Shown here: positions 45,020-53,196 of the stretch, one piece after another
Layout of the letters: each line of letters starts with the position of its first letter
Numbering within the stretch: the stretch's first letter is position 1
Assembly (NCBI GenBank): GCA_037442365.1
Contig: JBBIQK010000002.1
Coordinates: forward strand, 5,492-69,491
DNA from: Armatimonadota bacterium
Lineage (GTDB): Bacteria; Armatimonadota; Fimbriimonadia; Fimbriimonadales; GBS-DC
Reading direction: 5' to 3'
Length of the DNA: 64,000 bases
Position numbers and translations under genes: made by a program
The notes under the pieces: model-generated
What the model saw: only the letters and a program-made list of their open reading frames with translations
Told to the model about the DNA's origin: nothing
Databases searched by the model: none

Positions 45020-47101
45020 ACCAACAGGCGACAACCGCTGGATTCTCGCGCGCCCGCCTGAAGCGCTGAAACAGGACGCGCGACTCCTCGAAGCGCTTGC
45101 GCACACCCTTGAACAGGAACTCCTCGTGCAACGAGCCGTTCTGCAGAAGATGATTCAGTCGAATACCCCCGCCGAAACCCTCACGATGGAGTCGGCGGCG
45201 CGCCTGTTCGGGGTTCGATTCTCGAGCGATTCAGACCTGGCGGCTATCATACCGATGCGCCAGTCAAACTTCGTAAATACAGGATGCTCGCGAAGATGAA
45301 CCGAACCCCCTCCTTAAGGTTCCCCCTGCGCGCAGGGGGAACCGAGTCTTGGTTCCCCACGCTTGCGGGGGGAACCTTAAGGAGGGGGGCAATTTACGAA
45401 CTTTGAACGCGCAGTTGGTATCAGTTTCAGCATCTGAGAGAACAGGTCGCCCTGTTGCAAAGCACGCCCTTTCAGGAATTTCGCGCGCACTGGCGCGCCA
45501 TCAGCCGATTTCGCAAGGCGCTCGCGGACGGGTTTCCGCGCGCCGGGGTACAGACATCCCCATTGCCCCGTGTCCAACCGCCTGCGCCTCTGAGCCATCG
45601 CGTCGCGATCGAGCGATTCCTTGCGAAATATTCGCTCGGCGACTTTGGGCTTCCGCCGTCGCTTCTGCGCATGGCAGAGCAACACGCGCGCCTGTCCCAG
45701 ACGGAATGGGAGGCGATTTACCACAACATCTGGTTCGACGCCCACGAGCATCGCGCGGTATGGGCGCTCGACCAACAGTGCGCCCTCGCGCTTGAGGTGC
45801 TACGCACACACGCGCAGTACACCCTTCTCCAGCAACTGACCCCGCCGCCGAGCCTCCAGCAGGCGTTTGAGCAGGGGGGCGTCACGCAAGTGTATACGCT
45901 GTTGGTTGACGCCGAGACGCTGGCGCTCTTGTTCAACGATTCGGAAGGCGCGCACGTAGCGCCCAGCGCCCGCGCAACGACGCCCCTATCCCTGCTGGCG
46001 ACGGCATGGTGGGACGAGACGCTCGATGGCTACAGGGTGGCGCGCCGCTATCTCCTGCTGGGCTACGAAGACCGCCCGTGGATTGCGAGAACCTTCGCTG
46101 AGGAGGCGATTTTTACGCTTTCGCGCGAGGAGCTGTCGCGTCTGTTCCGTCAAGCCGCGCCCGCGCGATCGCGTCAGTTCGAGCAGGCGCTGCAACGGCA
46201 CGAGTCGCTTCTGCAGGAACGCACGCTGCGCCAGTTCCCGCCGCGAGGGGGCGACCTTAGTCACACTCTCTACGAGCGACTTGCGGAATGGGCGGGACAG
46301 CAGGACCAGGAGATTGCTGTAGAGCTGGCGATGACCTGGGATGTGTGCATCATCACATGGGGCACAGCGCCGCGACTGTATGTGGCAGACGATGTGCCGT
46401 TGCACACGGCGCTCAGGGAGCACACGCAGTACGCCGAGGCGCTGTTAGACCGCTATGAGACGGTGTGGACGCTGCGCAACTTCGCGGCGTTCTGGAACCG
46501 CTTGCAGCGCGTCCCCGCCGCTCCCATCCGCCGTCTCATCGTCTCGGACGGCAGTCTGGCGGACTGGAAGGACTTCTATCGGTCGCTCAGCCCTGTGCAG
46601 GCGGCGCGACTGGCGACCAGTGGCAGATACATTCCTGAATGGCTTCAGGCAGGCGAAACACTGGTTCTTGGCGCGCAAAGCGCGAACAACTACGGCAAGG
46701 CGTGGCTGATTCTGCACCTGCTGGAGCAGTTGCCCTCGGAACAGCGCGACAGGCTACTGAAAGAGCCTGCGTGGGCGGATGTGATTCGCGTGCCTCTGGG
46801 TTCGTTGCCTGCCCCTGCGAACGCGCGCCTGGCGGAGGTGTTGCGCCTGTGGGCAACGACGCAGCTCGCCGCCGAAGACTTCTATGTCTCCCGAAGGGAC
46901 GAACAACTCTGGTACGACCTGCTGACAGGTCAGCTGTCTGTGGAGCGGCTGCTCAGCGGGTTGGCGCTGGAGCGCCGCGATGGCAGCTGGGAGCTGCATT
47001 ATCATGCGCCTGAGGCTGGGCGGCGTGGCGGCGTGCTTCTGCTCATGAATAGGCTGCCAACGAACAGGAGACTGCTCTGGATTCCTGACGCTTTCGAGTA
47101 A
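44781..47101 (+). pseudogene. paralog B of the 42478 gene, interrupted by a 173-bp MITE-like insertion
   Basis: The N-terminal ORF (to 45299) and the C-terminal ORF (45422/45455..47101) are in different frames. Both align with paralog A. Removing 45249..45421 restores one frame (..DLAAI|QFQHLREQ..). Confidence 0.6.
45249..45421. mobile_element. MITE-like non-autonomous element, copy 1 (173 bp)
   Basis: Left TIR is ATACCGATGCGCCAGTCAAACTTCGTAAAT. The right TIR, reverse-complemented, is ATACCAACTGCGCGTTCAAAGTTCGTAAAT. A perfect 20-bp internal inverted repeat pairs 45306..45325 with 45369..45388. No ORF inside. Confidence 0.6.
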
Positions 47102-47130
47102 ACTTTTTGTACACACGGGGGATAGAGGCA

Positions 47131-47280
47131 GTGTTGACGATAGACCATACGCGGGGCAATCAGGCGACGCTGAGCGGGTTGCTGTATGATGGGCACGGCA
47201 ACCTGGTGCGCACGATGGCGTCGGATTACACGCTGTCTGGTTTTCAGTGGCGTGGGGTATGGGGCGAGGTGCAGAGTTAG
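47131..47280 (+). pseudogene. orphan YD/RHS-repeat fragment (49 codons)
   Basis: Translates to VLTIDHTRGNQATLSGLLYDGHGNLVRTMASDYTLSGFQWRGVWGEVQS*. This is a YD repeat plus the start of an RHS-core-like F-x-W-x-G motif, and it stops before the expected DP-x-GL tip or toxin. Confidence 0.5.
47177..47274 (+). repeat. 98-bp direct repeat, copy 1
   Basis: 88 of 98 positions are identical to 48867..48964 (counted by hand). Confidence 0.8.
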
Positions 47281-47334
47281 CTACAGCTATCTTTGAGTAT
47301 CTGGTTTCAGATGCGTATCAGGGAGGGTAAAGGT

Positions 47335-47688
47335 ATGAGAGGCGTTGAGGCTTTCATTTTTGTGATGGCTTTGCTTCTTGTTGGACAGCGCTTGCAGGTT
47401 GCACCTAATGAGATGCTAATTGTTGCCATCGTATTGGCAGTCGGATGTCAAGCGATAACAGTTTTTTATAAAGCTGAAGATTTGTCCGATAAAATCATTA
47501 AGAGAATATTTGTTGCATCCACATTCTTCAGCATAGTTTTGCTTGCTTTTTTGAGTGGTTATGTTTTTGGGCAAGGAGAATCGCTTTTAGAAAACAACTT
47601 AATAATTGCTATGGGTATTTTATGTGTTGGCGCCTGGATTGGTGTGGCGATTCGCATCGCCATGGTAAAACCGAATCACTTACGATGA
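47335..47688 (+). CDS. small multi-TM membrane protein in an AT-rich island
   Basis: GGGAGGG SD 7 nt before ATG 47335. About four hydrophobic segments. Locally very low GC (17 G+C in 47461..47520). Confidence 0.5.
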   Translation: MRGVEAFIFVMALLLVGQRLQVAPNEMLIVAIVLAVGCQAITVFYKAEDLSDKIIKRIFVASTFFSIVLLAFLSGYVFGQGESLLENNLIIAMGILCVGAWIGVAIRIAMVKPNHLR

Positions 47689-47703
47689 GGGCTGCTTTGA
47701 ACA

Positions 47704-47958
47704 GTGCAAACCAAACGCGACTTCCAAGAGCGATTGGCGCGCATCGAACAGGAGCTGGGCATCATCAAGCAGCAGATCCATACCCTGCTTGTCCCGCAGC
47801 CTCCGACCACGGCGCTCCAGCAGCTGGCCGAACTCTGGGGGCTTGAGGCGTCCGAGCCTTCCTCCCTCCCTCTGCCTGAGGCGCGGGAGCGGTTCACTCA
47901 GGGCTTGCCTCCCAACTGGGGGAGCCGACTGATCAAGCGGCAGCGGGCACAGCGATAA
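47704..47958 (+). CDS. small protein, possible orphan antitoxin
   Basis: 84-aa ORF with a GTG start. Coiled-coil N-terminus. Its stop overlaps the first codons of a PIN-toxin remnant. Confidence 0.35.
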   Translation: MQTKRDFQERLARIEQELGIIKQQIHTLLVPQPPTTALQQLAELWGLEASEPSSLPLPEARERFTQGLPPNWGSRLIKRQRAQR

Positions 47959-48035
47959 GAGCCGTCTATTTAGACCCCAGCGCGTGGGTCAAACCGTATG
48001 TAATGCAAGCAAGCGGGTATACTCTTTCTGGGTGA
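47955..48035 (+). pseudogene. PIN (VapC-like) toxin remnant, first ~20 codons only
   Basis: The frame reads IRAVYLDPSAWVKPYVMQASGYTLSG*. AVYLD-SA-VK-YV is the characteristic VapC N-terminus. It begins with ATA instead of ATG and is truncated. Confidence 0.4.
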
Positions 48036-48172
48036 AATACAATGCGAGCGGTCAAGGACGTCTATGAGGGGGAACCGTCCGCCTGCTGGAACCTGTGAAC
48101 CTGCTCAAGCAGCAGGCAATCCCAGAGCCAGCGACAGTAGAGCCTCCCGCGTTGCAGGTTCAGGAGGTGCGC

Positions 48173-48991
48173 ATGCAATCTGGAAAGTTATACTGGTACA
48201 TTGACCGACAGGGCAAAATGTCGGGTCCCGTAGATGTCGCGACGCTGAGCCGCTTACTGGCTTCAGGAGACATCACTCTGAATACAAAGCTTGTCCGATC
48301 TGATGGGCGTTCGACGCGCGTTCGCGATTTACCAGAATTTGGCGGGAATATCGCCAATTGGGTTTCCAAAGGTCCTACGGAAGCCGCGTACCTGATCCTG
48401 TTTGCCAGTACCTTGCTGTTAGCGTCTTTATTGTGGTCACGCGGCCCGACGGGCGTGATGATTCTTATGTTCAGTCCGAAGCCTTACGACGAGACCGTAG
48501 TGCGCCCTATCCCGTTCAGTGCCAATCACGAACTTTCTGAGGCTGAACGCAAGCAGATCAGGAACCTCCGCTCTTCCAATGAACAGTCAAAAGCCGATGT
48601 GCGGTTGCGTTCGTACATGGGATTGGGCGCCTACCTTGCTTCGCTGCTCTGCACGGTATATGCCTTGATGAGAGGCGGAACGCGGCAGCGGAATGTGAGG
48701 ATAGTAGCGATAATAATTTTTGTGGCGGCGTTTCTATTGCTCTGCTATAGCATAATTCATCGTCATGACAGCCTTTCAAAGGGGCGTGGTCGTTTCGGCT
48801 GGTGGGATACGCACGGGGTGGCGGTGGCGCAGGCGACGGATCAGGCGAGTCGGGCGCGTGTGAAGTGGTTGCTGTACGATGGGCACGGCAATCTGGGGCG
48901 CACGCTGGCGTCTGACTACACGCTGTCTGGGTTCCAGTGGCGTGGGGTATTGGGTGAGGTGCAGCGTTCGCTGGGCGCGGGCAGGAAATAA
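48173..48991 (+). CDS. GYF_2 (DUF4339-like) domain membrane protein whose 3' end runs into the second YD/RHS fragment
   Basis: AGGAGGTG SD and ATG 48173. KLYWYIDRQGKMSGPVDVATLSRLLASGDITLNTKLVRSDG is GYF_2-like. Three or four TM segments follow. The last ~45 aa (LLYDGHGNLGRTLASDYTLSGFQWRGVLGEVQ) duplicate 47177..47274. Confidence 0.55.
   Translation: MQSGKLYWYIDRQGKMSGPVDVATLSRLLASGDITLNTKLVRSDGRSTRVRDLPEFGGNIANWVSKGPTEAAYLILFASTLLLASLLWSRGPTGVMILMFSPKPYDETVVRPIPFSANHELSEAERKQIRNLRSSNEQSKADVRLRSYMGLGAYLASLLCTVYALMRGGTRQRNVRIVAIIIFVAAFLLLCYSIIHRHDSLSKGRGRFGWWDTHGVAVAQATDQASRARVKWLLYDGHGNLGRTLASDYTLSGFQWRGVLGEVQRSLGAGRK
48867..48964 (+). repeat. 98-bp direct repeat, copy 2
   Basis: See 47177..47274. 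Confidence 0.8.
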
Positions 48992-49018
48992 GCGGCAATT
49001 GCTGAAATAGACGCCTGT

Positions 49019-50163
49019 ATGACTCGCGAATCGGAGTCTTCACACGAGAAGGTCGGCTACAAGTCGGTGATTGATATGGGACGGGAAGCGACCGTGTCCT
49101 TCCCGCACAATCTGTACGACTACCCGACGAAGATTCTGCCGCAGGTGATGGGCGAGTTTGTAGAGCGGCTGAGCGCTGTTGGCGAGGTGGTGTTGGATCC
49201 CTTCGCGGGCGGCGGCACAGTCGCAGTGGAATGCGCCCTTCGGCAGCGTCGCTCCATCTGCGTGGACATCAATCCCTATGCGCTGGAGGTGGCTCAGAAA
49301 AAGCTGGACGCGCTGCGAACAGGGTCGCTGTTCGAATCGCCTCTGGTGGAGGCGCAACTGTGCCTGCGCGCCGACGCACGTGCGCTTCCTCTCCAGTCGG
49401 ACAGCGTGGACGCCATCGTGACAGACATCCCCTATGCCGATATGATTCGATACTCAGACCTGCCTGCGGATCTCATACCAATCCGTGCGTCAAACTTCGT
49501 AATTGCCATGCGCCTGTAGCCAGAACCGCGCGCTTTGTAGCCCTCACCCCCAGCCCCTCTCCCGCACGGCGGGAGAGGGGAGCCGTGTGTGCAGCGCGCG
49601 GCGCGCTATCCCCCTCTCCCAACCCGTTGGGAGAGGGGGACAAAGGGGGTGAGGGCAATAGGCATCGCTGATTTACGAACGATGACCCGCAGATTGGTAT
49701 CAGTACAATTGGAGACTATGATGCCTTTCTCGACGCGCTGGGATGCGCTTTCGACGAGATGGTGCGCGCGCTCAAACCGAATCGATACTGTGCTATCTTC
49801 GTGGCGGATTATCGGATTGCGCGCAGTCGCGTGATTTTGCCCCTGCACGCGGATGTGATTGCCCTGATGCAGGGACGCGGCTTTGATTTATTCGATCTGT
49901 ATGTGTGGCGGTATTACCGTTCGGGGGGGTTCCGTCCGTTTGGCGCGAAGCCCTATCAGGCGATGAATGTCCACTCCTACATTCTGGTCTTTCACAAGCC
50001 TGTTGCTCCGAAAACGCTCATCAAAAACCGCCCTGTGCGCTACCGCCCACGCCTTGTAGAGAAACTCCAGAGGGCAAGCTCACTCCGCGCTCAAGCGTGC
50101 ATACTCCTGGCGGAGGGCGTCGGCGTCCTGGGCGCGTCCCTGCGAGTCGTAGAGGGCGGCTAA
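49019..50163 (+). pseudogene. SAM-dependent methyltransferase with a DPPY-like motif (DNA or RNA base MTase), interrupted by a MITE-like insertion
   Basis: Motif I VLDPFAGGGTVAVEC and motif IV IVTDIPYAD lie before the insertion. After it the frame shifts and continues STIGDYDAFLDALGCAFDEMVRALKPNRYCAIFVAD. Confidence 0.6.
49475..49700. mobile_element. MITE-like non-autonomous element, copy 2 (226 bp)
   Basis: Left TIR is ATACCAATCCGTGCGTCAAACTTCGTAAT. The right TIR, reverse-complemented, is ATACCAATCTGCGGGTCATCGTTCGTAAAT. The core has an outer stem (49540..49551 with 49645..49656) enclosing hairpins at 49554..49580 and 49609..49640. Confidence 0.6.
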
Positions 50164-52293
50164 GTCCTGCAACGCCTGCAGGTGCGCGCTGAGTATCTGC
50201 CGCTCGCGCTCGGGGTTATACAGCCCCAGCCCGCGCCCTGCAAGGTTGAACGGATAGGTGACCTCGCGATAGTTGCGGAACACCTGCAGCGCCTGCTCGT
50301 AGTGCCCCTGCGCCCTGACGAGTTCGTTCAGAGCGCGGTAGTGCCGTGCGAGGGCGAGATGCGCAAACCCATACGCCGTCTCCACAATCTCGGGAATCGC
50401 GCGAATGCGCCCGTAGGGGCTGTTCTGGATTTCGATGACGCGCTCGTAATACTGGCGCGCCTCGTCGGTCAGGCGGGGGTCGTCGCGGTCGGGCTGGGCG
50501 TATTGCGCCAGTTTGAGCAGCGCGGGCAGGCTATGCGGGTCGCGCGCCAGCGCCGCCTCGAACTGGGCGCGGGCGCGTTCGCGGTCGTTCTCGCGCTCGT
50601 AATACAGCCCCAGCCGATAGTGATTGCGCGGCGAGGGCTTCAGGCGCACGGCGCGGGTCATCAGCTCCAGCGCGGTCTCGCGCCTGCCCAGCGCGTAATA
50701 CAGCTCGCCCGAATCCATCAGGTAGTCGGGGTTGGTCGGGTCAAAACGGCGCGCGGTGCTGTAATACGCTGCCGCCTGCGGCGCGTGCGAGACGAGCATT
50801 TCGTACCTACCCGGATTGGCGTGCCACTCGCCCAGCGCGAAGCCTGTCAGCGCGGTGATCAGTACCAGCGTCAGCACCAGCGCGGTGCCGCGCCGTTCAA
50901 TCGCGCGGACAGGCAGCGCGAACACGCCGTCCACTGCAAACGCCAGCCCCAGCCCCAGCAGCGCGCACAGCGTCAGCAGGTTCGCGAACGCATGCAGGTC
51001 GGAATCGACGGCGTTGTGCAGCGCCGCGCCGACAACCGCCGCCAGCACGCCTGCCCGCATGGGACGCCAGTCCATCACGCGCGGCGTGGGGCGATTCGGG
51101 TCAGGCGGCTGCTCGCCCTGCAGGGCGCGCCCCAGCCAGCCGATGGCTGTCGCAATCAGCAACAGGAGCGCGGGCAGCCCCGACTCGGCGGCAAGCTCCA
51201 GATAGGTGTTGTGCGCCGCGCGGGTGTAGCCGACGCTCGCGTAGCGCGGGTACTGCCACTCGAACGCGCCTGTGCCCACGCCCAACACGGGGTTCGCCAG
51301 CGCGGTGCGTAGCGCGCCCTTCCATGTCTCGATGCGGAACGCGCCCGAATGCACATCCTGCGTCGCCGCCTGCGGGGTCAGCCGTTGCGTCGCGGGGGTA
51401 CTCAGCCAGAACACGCCTATCAGCAGCACGCCCACTACCCCAAGACGCAGGATGAAGTCGCGTCCCAGCAGTCGCCACGCGCTCGTCAGCGCGAGAAAGA
51501 CCACCGCCGCGCCCAGAAACGCCAGCATGCCCAGCCGCGAAGCGGTCAGCGCAAGCGCGCTGAGTTGCAGCCACAGCCCGACCGTGAGCAACGCGGTGTA
51601 GACGCGTCGGCGCGGCTCGGGCAGCTCGCGCCCCAGCATCAGCAGCATGCCCAGCGTCAGCGGCGCGCTCATCGCCAGATAGCCCGCCAGCAGGTTCGGA
51701 TTGAAAAAGCTCGCGAAAATGCGCCAGTTCGGAACCCCGCCCAAGGCGTTTATCAGGTACTCCGTACAGCCGCGCAGTCCGAGCAGGCTCGCGCTCACAA
51801 TTATCGGCGCAACGACCAGCCAGCCCGTTGCGCCCCGTCGCACCACCGCCGTTAGCGTCAGGATAGCCACCAGCCCACTGAGCCACTGCACAGCGCGCAG
51901 CAGCCCCGCCCAGCCCGACTGCATCAGCGCCGCCGAAAGACCCATCCACACCACCAGCAGCGTCAGGGGTAGCAGGAACCTGCCCACGGGCAGCCGCCAC
52001 ATCTCGGCGTTCCACGCCGCGACAAAAAAGCCCGTTAGCAGCAGCGCGCTCACCAGCAGCATGCCCATCAGGGGCATATCCGCGCTCCAGAGCAGTGCGC
52101 CGAGCAGGGAATCGGGCGCCACAGGACGCGCGCCCACATACACGCTGCCCGACAGCCACGGGACGAGCGCAATCCCCGCGCCTGTCAGCCCCGCCGCCCA
52201 CGAGACCCATTGCGGCGCGCGGCGCTTCACCCGCGTCTTACCGTTCCCAGAATGCCTGACGCCGTTCCTCTGCATAGCGAAATACCGCCTCAA
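50080..52293 (-). CDS. O-antigen ligase (Wzy_C)-like multi-TM protein fused to C-terminal TPR repeats
   Basis: About 12 TM segments in the N-terminal 480 aa. AHNTYLELAAESGL is a Wzy_C-like motif. TPR repeats occupy the last ~250 aa. The start is uncertain: the GTG at 52230 would avoid overlap with the NUDIX gene. Confidence 0.75.
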   Translation of the reverse strand: MRRYFAMQRNGVRHSGNGKTRVKRRAPQWVSWAAGLTGAGIALVPWLSGSVYVGARPVAPDSLLGALLWSADMPLMGMLLVSALLLTGFFVAAWNAEMWRLPVGRFLLPLTLLVVWMGLSAALMQSGWAGLLRAVQWLSGLVAILTLTAVVRRGATGWLVVAPIIVSASLLGLRGCTEYLINALGGVPNWRIFASFFNPNLLAGYLAMSAPLTLGMLLMLGRELPEPRRRVYTALLTVGLWLQLSALALTASRLGMLAFLGAAVVFLALTSAWRLLGRDFILRLGVVGVLLIGVFWLSTPATQRLTPQAATQDVHSGAFRIETWKGALRTALANPVLGVGTGAFEWQYPRYASVGYTRAAHNTYLELAAESGLPALLLLIATAIGWLGRALQGEQPPDPNRPTPRVMDWRPMRAGVLAAVVGAALHNAVDSDLHAFANLLTLCALLGLGLAFAVDGVFALPVRAIERRGTALVLTLVLITALTGFALGEWHANPGRYEMLVSHAPQAAAYYSTARRFDPTNPDYLMDSGELYYALGRRETALELMTRAVRLKPSPRNHYRLGLYYERENDRERARAQFEAALARDPHSLPALLKLAQYAQPDRDDPRLTDEARQYYERVIEIQNSPYGRIRAIPEIVETAYGFAHLALARHYRALNELVRAQGHYEQALQVFRNYREVTYPFNLAGRGLGLYNPERERQILSAHLQALQDLAALYDSQGRAQDADALRQEYARLSAE

Positions 52294-52735
52294 TCAGGGG
52301 CGACCAGTCGTAATAGAGCGCGGGCATCTCGTCGAGCGTCGCCCAGCGGACGCCCTGCGACTCGGAGTCGGCGCGGAGCGGTTCCAGCCGCGCCGCCCGC
52401 GCCAGAAACACAGGCGCGCTGCACGGCTCTGGCTCACTCAGCGAGCATGGCTCCAGCAGGTAATGCCCAATCAGATGAATGGACTGCAGCACTGCGCCCG
52501 ATTCCTCGTAGGCTTCGCGTCGGGCGGCGGATTCAGGCGACTCGTTCGGCTCGATGCGTCCGCTGGGGGCGCAGTAGCCCCGTTCGCGGATGTGCGCCAG
52601 CAGGTAGCGTCCCGCGCCGTCGCTGATCAGCGCGACCACATAGCACGGGCGCGGCGACTGCACGGGCGTCTCGTCGGGCACGAATCGCATCCGTCGCCCT
52701 GCCCAGATTGCCTCCAGCGTCGCCCAGTCGGTCAA
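52238..52735 (-). CDS. NUDIX hydrolase
   Basis: Nudix box GRIEPNESPESAARREAYEESGA. Confidence 0.8.
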   Translation of the reverse strand: MTDWATLEAIWAGRRMRFVPDETPVQSPRPCYVVALISDGAGRYLLAHIRERGYCAPSGRIEPNESPESAARREAYEESGAVLQSIHLIGHYLLEPCSLSEPEPCSAPVFLARAARLEPLRADSESQGVRWATLDEMPALYYDWSPLIEAVFRYAEERRQAFWER

Positions 52736-53193
52736 GGCAGCTCCCCCCGCCCGCCAACGATTTTGCCCTGCACATAGCTGAGCGGGATTGCGCCCAGCTG
52801 ACGGCTGTCCTCCGAGCGCTCCATGTTGTCGCCCACCACGAAAATATGTCCTTCGGGCACCCGCCCGCCCATCATATACACCAGCGGCGTCCAGTATTTC
52901 TCAGGCACACGCTCGCCCGCCAGCGCGACCACCCGCTTGATGAGCAGGTCGCCGTTCGGACGCACAATCACCACCACATCGCCTTTCTGAATCTCGCCAA
53001 AGAGCCAGTAGGCAGTCGTCATCAGCAGGCGGTCGCCGTTCTGGTAGGTCGGCTCCATCGACGGTCCGCTGACCACCACCACGCGGAAGTTCAGCGCGAA
53101 AAAGAGTGCGAGCAGCCCGAACAGCGTCAGCAGTATAAGCGAGCGCGTCATATGCGCGTTGCGTCGTTGTTCCAGAGTCTCGGCGGCGCTCAT
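52732..53193 (-). CDS. signal peptidase I (short form)
   Basis: SGPSMEPT, LIKRVVALAGE and GDNMERSEDSR. One N-terminal TM segment. Confidence 0.8.
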   Translation of the reverse strand: MSAAETLEQRRNAHMTRSLILLTLFGLLALFFALNFRVVVVSGPSMEPTYQNGDRLLMTTAYWLFGEIQKGDVVVIVRPNGDLLIKRVVALAGERVPEKYWTPLVYMMGGRVPEGHIFVVGDNMERSEDSRQLGAIPLSYVQGKIVGGRGELP

Positions 53194-53196
53194 CGC

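Noticed and set aside
49540-49656. Repeated C-rich/G-rich hairpins considered as a mini CRISPR array
   Set aside because: There are only two dissimilar palindromic units nested inside an outer stem and flanked by TIRs. There is no regular repeat-spacer periodicity and there are no cas genes.
50182-52210. 376-aa plus-strand and 369-aa off-frame ORFs inside the O-antigen-ligase/TPR gene
   Set aside because: Only the 737-aa frame gives a coherent multi-TM plus TPR protein. The others are Arg/Gly/Ala-rich with no features.
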